A DNA stretch of 64,000 bases from a virus: IMG/VR virus record IMGVR_UViG_3300025141_000026; one strand, given 5' to 3'. The position numbers and the translations under genes are program-made. Shown here piece after piece: positions 59,201-64,000 of this stretch. Under the pieces are notes generated by a model that made no database searches, was not told where the DNA came from, and saw only the letters and a list, made by a program, of their open reading frames with translations. Each line of letters begins with the position of its first letter. The stretch's first letter is position 1.

Positions 59201-62200
59201 TGTTCGGTTTGGAGAGTTGTCCCCGGAAGGGGGTTCTCTGAAGCGCTTCCACTATCTTTATCGAAACTGTCAAGAGAGCTTTCAACTAGACCTTTTGCAT
59301 CATTTATATCAGACTGTATGCCTTTCATATTGCTGCTTATTGAGTCAAAATCAACTGAAAATGGCGAAGAGGGGTTGCTTTCTATAAAGTTCAATTTGTT
59401 TTTTAAAGATCCGGACACTTTTTGAAGATCGTTCAATAGCCTTTGTGCCTTTTCCAATTCTGCAAATGATTTTGATTTTACAGGTCTCGTTCCAGTAGGG
59501 ATTATTTTTAGTCCTTTGTTTTTCTCTAACAAGCCCTCCTGCTCATAAATAAAGCTAGTTTTTCTACTCAATAATTTTTTTACCTTTGGAGCAATTTGCA
59601 CATCGAGTCTTCTAAATGGAACTGCGATTTGATCGAACTGAGCTTGTTGCTCGCCTTCGAGTTCTCCCAGCAAGCCCGATTCAAAATCTGCATCAAAACT
59701 ATTAATCTTTAGTTGTTGTTTTAGAACTTCATACTGGTCCTCATCTACAGTTGGATTTCTAAACTTTTGTTCTGAATAAGTTTCCATTATTGAATTTGCC
59801 TCTTCAGAAAAGTTCATTTTGATTGGGTCAAATATAGCTTTGATTACCTTATTATTGAGGTAATCGATTGTGGGATGATTTTTATTTATAAAACCGCTGA
59901 TGGGTATGGATAAGCCTGTTGGATTAGAATTGACAGAAGATCCACAATTATCTATTGGATTTGGTAACTTGCCCTTTAGGACATCTGTACCAGCAGCAAG
60001 ACTTAAAAGTTCTGCTAATTTTTCTCTGTTTATTCTGTCCTCTTCATTTAGTTGTGTACTTATGCATTCATCATCTAATTTATCTTCCAAAGCAGTTTGT
60101 CGAGCGTTTCTTGATGCTGAAGTACCGGGGGAAAAATTATCTCCGAGAAGCATATCTTTTTCTTCTTCGCATAATAATCCACTGACATTTGGAAGTATGT
60201 CAGTTAGTGCAGTTCTAACATTGTCTAAAAGGTCCGGATTTGCTAATTTTCCTAAATCTCTAAATAATTGTTGGGTTGAAGAGTTGGTATTTATGGCTCT
60301 AAACATTACAGGAGATATGTCTTTGATCTTTCTATCAACAGCATCCAAAGTTTCAGTTTTAGGAATTCCCTCTAATAGATCAACAGCTTCTAAGGGGGTT
60401 ATTATTTCTGAAACTTGTGCGATGACCTCTTTTGGTGGATTTTTATCCATTTCAGCCTTCGGTATACCTATCGATTGAAACAGCCCATTAGCTCCGTCTT
60501 GAATAAGATTGTTTATATCTTCTCCGCCATAAATAATTGGTACTCCGTCAGTTCCATTCAAGCCAACATCAGTGGAGGTAGAGAAAATTTCATCGTACAC
60601 TACTTGTAACAATTCGCATGTGATTTCAATAAGAATTTCTGCCAATGTTTGATTTAAACCATCATTTAGTTCTTGAGTGATGCCCTTCATTGTGTCATCT
60701 ATTTTTTGAAGAGAAAAGTTTGGCAATGTTGGTGGCTTGGGAAGCTTAACTGCGGGTATATTTATAGACAAGCTTCCCGGTGATGGTATGTCTAAACCAT
60801 CTACAGAGCCTACAGAACTGATTGAATCAAAGATTTCCGGTATTGATATTTTTACTGCACTAAGTAAATCTTCAGGAGCAGTTAGCATTTTTATGAGGTC
60901 TGTTCTCTGTGAACTACATTCTGTTAAAGTGTTCTTGCTCGATGGATATTTTTGTGGGTTGTTTTGTGATAAGCAATTTGCATCCTCAACTGGTAATGTC
61001 GAATATTTTGGATCATCTATTTTTTCTGTGCACTGCTTGCTTGTAGGTTTCTGCAAATTTAAATTGCCAAAATATTCAACCAATTTATCAATATGATCGT
61101 CTGAAAAGCCTTCCAGTCCACCTATTTCTATCTCTCCTTTCAAAAAGTTTTCTGCTAATTTTATTTTACCTATTGTTATTGAGGGTAGCGAATTGAATAA
61201 TTTGCCCAGTTTCATTTCTCCCAGAGCAGGAGAGTCAATAGAAGCTAGAGCAAATGATGATTGCATATCTCCGAAAGACATGTTTTTCATTAGAGAGATT
61301 GAACCCAAAGATGCTAATTTTTGAATATCTATCTTATCAAACACTAAATTGAATAATTCTTCTAATCCATCCCCATTACTTGGGAGATTGCACAAAATAT
61401 CTGTAATTGCTGGTAGTGCTGCTGTAAAAGAGTCTCCAATAAAGTCCTTCTCTTTTGATCTAGTCGAAGCTAACTCTAATTTTAATTCTGGTGAGCCCAG
61501 TTCTATATCTTGTGATAATTTGCCAGAGGATGTCAGGACATCCTTTTCATCAAGTTTATCTGCCATTCTGTTAGCAGCGTTTTTTATTTGCCCAAGAGGT
61601 GCGGGGCTTGATAATATCACCTTTGGTCTAGGGTAGGTGTATTCTGACGCAAGAGTAGTCCATCCGTTATTTTGTGAAGTGTTGGGTTCCCCCATTTCTA
61701 TTATTTCATCTAGATATGACAAGTATGCTATTGTTCTAGAAAATTTTATAGGGCTAGATGATGTAAACTTATCAAAAAACTTCTTCACCCTTATCGGTCT
61801 TCCTGCTGAAGAATACTCAACATAGAGCACCGAGTAGTTGTCAGGAATGATGCCTATTTCTATCTCGTCTTCGGAATCCCTGCCGTATCTAATTCCGTTC
61901 TCTTCAATAAATTTTTGTAAAACAATTGGAAATAATCGAAGTCTTTTTATCTCTTCTTCTAAGTCTAAAAATTCAATTACACCAGTGAATTTTTCAACTT
62001 GCATTTGGTGAGCAGACATAACGTCTGTAGCTTTTTTTATCTTGTGAGATAAATTACAAGTTATGAAAGAGATGGTTTGAGTTGCATGATCTTTAGGAGC
62101 CTCAATTCTAGATTGCAGTGCATCAAAATATTTTGCTGGTATTCTTACAATCATTCTCAACTTTGATTCTGGTCTTGTGCCTAAATACCAGTTTGGTTGC

Positions 62201-64000
62201 TTGCCCTTGTAAAAAGGAAGCTTACTGTAAGCAAATTGAAAAATATCACTTGTCAAATAATCTAAGCTTTGTGATAAATTGTCATCATTTCTAAATAAGG
62301 GTTCTTTATTGTGAGAGCGCATCAAAACTTCAATTCCGCGCCTAATTGCAACTGGTTCTAAATCCTGTACTTTTGTAGAGCACTTTTCACTTCCCAAAGA
62401 ATCTATCTTTTGCCCACTTTCTGGATCTATTGGTTCTACAACTACCGAATAAGCTTTGAAGTAGTTGTCAAAAAATACTGTTTCATCCTTAAACTTTGAC
62501 CAATTTACGGGCTTTTTTGCTGATTCATAATCAATATACACTCTCTTCAGAGAGGGCAACTCACTGGGGAGTTTTGTGAGGAGACAAGATCGCACAAATA
62601 ATGGAGCTTTAGACTTATAAAATTTAGTATCTGGGTCAACGAATTCGACCCGATGGTATTTCCCTTTTCCCAAAACGATATACTCATCTGTGACTTTTAT
62701 GGTTGCGCCGGGAGTAAGTGTTGCAGCAATCACTTTTTGGCTGGAGCTTGGTCTTTTTGCTATTATTATTTTGTTATTTTTTAGATACTTGGAATAAAAT
62801 TTCTTCTCTTCAAAGTCACCATTTTTTACCTTATCTATTGCTAAGTTATTTATGTAATGTGTTGCTCCGGGGAATACGTTTCCAATTTGAAAAGGTTCCT
62901 GCTCTTCAGAGTCTGTCAAATCAATTTTTAGATTCTTGACTATTTGATCTTTTTTTGTAAATTCAAATGCCGCTTTGTCAGCGTCAAAATTACCCTCATC
63001 AAGATCTACAATATCTCCAAGAGGCTTATCTATTGCATGACCGGGAATAACAAGTTTTGGCAGCGACTCTACTGTCCCCCCGGTGTCCTTATCAAGTGTA
63101 AAAACTTTTTTTATAAATTCGTTATATTCGGTTAGAGCTTTGCCAAAACTGTGCTCTACTAAGCCACGAGGTTCGAGAAACTTGTCAATAAATGATTCAG
63201 CGTGTATTTTTATTTCACTCTTGTAGACTGGTGCCGACAAACTTGCGTCTTGGTAATTATCTTGTTGAAATGATATAGATGAATCTTTATCCCATAACGC
63301 AGACCATTCCATTACCCAATGTGGCTTATCATACGGGTCATTGAGTGGGTCATACAGTCCTGAAACGACTGATGTCCCAAGGTTGTTGGCATAGTATTCC
63401 ACTTGAGTGTCCGGACTTTCTGGTGAACTTGGATCATATTTTGTACCATAGGAGGGGTGCTCTTCTGGTCTCAAAATGCTTCGGTCTGGGTCTCCCTGTC
63501 TTGTGTCTTCCGGAAATGACTGTATATTAAACTCTTCTCCTATTGCATCTTTTACAGAGTCTATCCATTTTTTTGGTGGCTCTGTAATATAAGATGGAAC
63601 ATCTTTATAAACATATCCCTTTGATAGCATGTAAATATAAAATTCTTCACTAGCGTACATGGACATGACAGCGTTGACTAGTGATTTTTTAGCTGCTGTT
63701 GTTGTTGGGTTTGCATCAGGAGATACATCTGAGCCATACACCTCGGAAGCTTGAATCGCTTGGTCTGGATCATCCGGGTCACTTCCTAACCAATTGGCGG
63801 TTCCGAAAGAGGCATACAATTCACCCCATCCTTTAGACGTGCATACAAAAACTGGGTCTATGTCTTGGCTTACATTGAATCCTGTTCCTTGGTCATTTAT
63901 TGAAACCAATTTTTCAGTTATTACTACTTGTTTTGCTTCAGATGTATCTACATTACCAAATGCATCAGTAATAATACCTTCCATAGAAGTCGATATTTTT
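56275..64000 (-). CDS. Giant hypothetical protein (>2569 aa), 5'-truncated by the window edge
   Basis: The frame stays open from ATG 63984 to the window end; sits upstream of gp25. Confidence 0.7.
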   Translation of the reverse strand, partial: KISTSMEGIITDAFGNVDTSEAKQVVITEKLVSINDQGTGFNVSQDIDPVFVCTSKGWGELYASFGTANWLGSDPDDPDQAIQASEVYGSDVSPDANPTTTAAKKSLVNAVMSMYASEEFYIYMLSKGYVYKDVPSYITEPPKKWIDSVKDAIGEEFNIQSFPEDTRQGDPDRSILRPEEHPSYGTKYDPSSPESPDTQVEYYANNLGTSVVSGLYDPLNDPYDKPHWVMEWSALWDKDSSISFQQDNYQDASLSAPVYKSEIKIHAESFIDKFLEPRGLVEHSFGKALTEYNEFIKKVFTLDKDTGGTVESLPKLVIPGHAIDKPLGDIVDLDEGNFDADKAAFEFTKKDQIVKNLKIDLTDSEEQEPFQIGNVFPGATHYINNLAIDKVKNGDFEEKKFYSKYLKNNKIIIAKRPSSSQKVIAATLTPGATIKVTDEYIVLGKGKYHRVEFVDPDTKFYKSKAPLFVRSCLLTKLPSELPSLKRVYIDYESAKKPVNWSKFKDETVFFDNYFKAYSVVVEPIDPESGQKIDSLGSEKCSTKVQDLEPVAIRRGIEVLMRSHNKEPLFRNDDNLSQSLDYLTSDIFQFAYSKLPFYKGKQPNWYLGTRPESKLRMIVRIPAKYFDALQSRIEAPKDHATQTISFITCNLSHKIKKATDVMSAHQMQVEKFTGVIEFLDLEEEIKRLRLFPIVLQKFIEENGIRYGRDSEDEIEIGIIPDNYSVLYVEYSSAGRPIRVKKFFDKFTSSSPIKFSRTIAYLSYLDEIIEMGEPNTSQNNGWTTLASEYTYPRPKVILSSPAPLGQIKNAANRMADKLDEKDVLTSSGKLSQDIELGSPELKLELASTRSKEKDFIGDSFTAALPAITDILCNLPSNGDGLEELFNLVFDKIDIQKLASLGSISLMKNMSFGDMQSSFALASIDSPALGEMKLGKLFNSLPSITIGKIKLAENFLKGEIEIGGLEGFSDDHIDKLVEYFGNLNLQKPTSKQCTEKIDDPKYSTLPVEDANCLSQNNPQKYPSSKNTLTECSSQRTDLIKMLTAPEDLLSAVKISIPEIFDSISSVGSVDGLDIPSPGSLSINIPAVKLPKPPTLPNFSLQKIDDTMKGITQELNDGLNQTLAEILIEITCELLQVVYDEIFSTSTDVGLNGTDGVPIIYGGEDINNLIQDGANGLFQSIGIPKAEMDKNPPKEVIAQVSEIITPLEAVDLLEGIPKTETLDAVDRKIKDISPVMFRAINTNSSTQQLFRDLGKLANPDLLDNVRTALTDILPNVSGLLCEEEKDMLLGDNFSPGTSASRNARQTALEDKLDDECISTQLNEEDRINREKLAELLSLAAGTDVLKGKLPNPIDNCGSSVNSNPTGLSIPISGFINKNHPTIDYLNNKVIKAIFDPIKMNFSEEANSIMETYSEQKFRNPTVDEDQYEVLKQQLKINSFDADFESGLLGELEGEQQAQFDQIAVPFRRLDVQIAPKVKKLLSRKTSFIYEQEGLLEKNKGLKIIPTGTRPVKSKSFAELEKAQRLLNDLQKVSGSLKNKLNFIESNPSSPFSVDFDSISSNMKGIQSDINDAKGLVESSLDSFDKDSGSASENPLPGTTLQTEQYPFYYFSKKRSEGESSVVQDTWTIALPQKTAKGLINVDARTTNTDLSLFQEEADSTTKRIFNEQAGSSEPQVIETQNSCDDAPSEVKFFIDGNIVSSAQKFFGEKETSTSTERSFGENKNTGRSTTGRSDSTLSTLKDILGSSPDITIDGSKDIDPALTELMEGFVYFANYTERDQVFANIIKDEWESVSDSLTVDFGSLSGQQFFNFFRQKRPSYFAALVNMFGSQLTQSKLFNVENFATLELGESIQIQKDLCDNLLALENLKESAKQQYNNTCDDNDNSSKPGAIEETNLVNLIKASIRLIIIQLVCDTIFLFSKYSFEKSIKDDALVQFILEFVIHDLQKQDQEYYKEMLSQNEKYLKKREEDGEKLIDPLSNTSETDLMFESSTSPITYMKYTIKEQLKIIAPLIDKKINPPMDEINDIFLDNVVPEIDVAYHKSQNRFQKTMPVTTNEQGEAVGSISVAEFKNKFKFLSPVDPLFKNSGGFILEKYVRVEDSDLIIEGNEFLNEEEKAFGEAWFNRVGGRDNLDADATINESIVFNGEEPPPESFSYTSGAVNISSLVQKIDSIIEESSLDLTKVDFSKFVKNFKYGIRLVYIPPAPRDKAKVSDNLNDEFLTGMMDVGGSDSWRNILFDDDLVQETLNESSSIPRPLDEAYSFSEVYNSSIIASRPNAKGGIVDQKARKEKAYKITEIIGNIEVFDEDKPDGVAIQANSVELFPIPLVTVENDIGFFDAISTSSGGKVTLQSLSIGLRSTTVNDLAFQFLRKKLKDSAKYRLLFEYDIPLKRIITLLFIHNTIASTKNYPNLEKSYDQTKELIRSNFFNMIPGDPWWSKQDKQIEESGGNAGIMADQNNSMTSKGPSGSAIAAKIAAKAALILVKAYARQTDPHYKLMSILDDFGLTIDGMTWLSVPALYPVNFPLPFPPFIGWGPPMTPTGMVAYSLPLLPGEVKKKKKKQEEEGKTIDDSSCDDK

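Noticed and set aside
7-63530. Plus-strand and nested alternative-frame ORFs in the track
   Set aside because: They are shadows of long minus-strand genes, with no recognisable motifs.
1-64000. tRNA (including tRNA-Sec) or sel genes
   Set aside because: Intergenic gaps are short and I recognised no cloverleaf or SelA/B/D motifs; a dedicated scan of the full genome is needed.

Overview
A 64-kb segment of a large T4-related (myovirus-type) phage genome, with every credible gene on the minus strand. In transcription order (right to left) it holds: giant virion/baseplate genes (gp25, gp6, LamG-containing 3155-aa protein), RuvC-like resolvase, primase, two small ORFs interrupted by in-frame UGA, a CxxCH cytochrome-c-like gene, a fused Mre11-Rad50 (gp47-gp46), a probable lysis cassette split by a tandem array of seven unrelated ORFs sharing an N-terminal 'MKELLTEWRKF..E' leader, terminase, portal, prohead protease, ribosomal protein bS21, scaffold, major capsid, neck, tail terminator, sheath and the start of the tail tube. 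The main candidate novel system is the pair of adjacent genes at 28813-29723. Each has an in-frame UGA followed, at bacterial SECIS spacing, by a near-identical hairpin with an AGUU loop, which suggests phage-encoded selenoproteins that may be packaged in the capsid. The second is the modular array of putative capsid-targeted, injected effector proteins. All product calls rest on motif recognition and gene order, not database searches.
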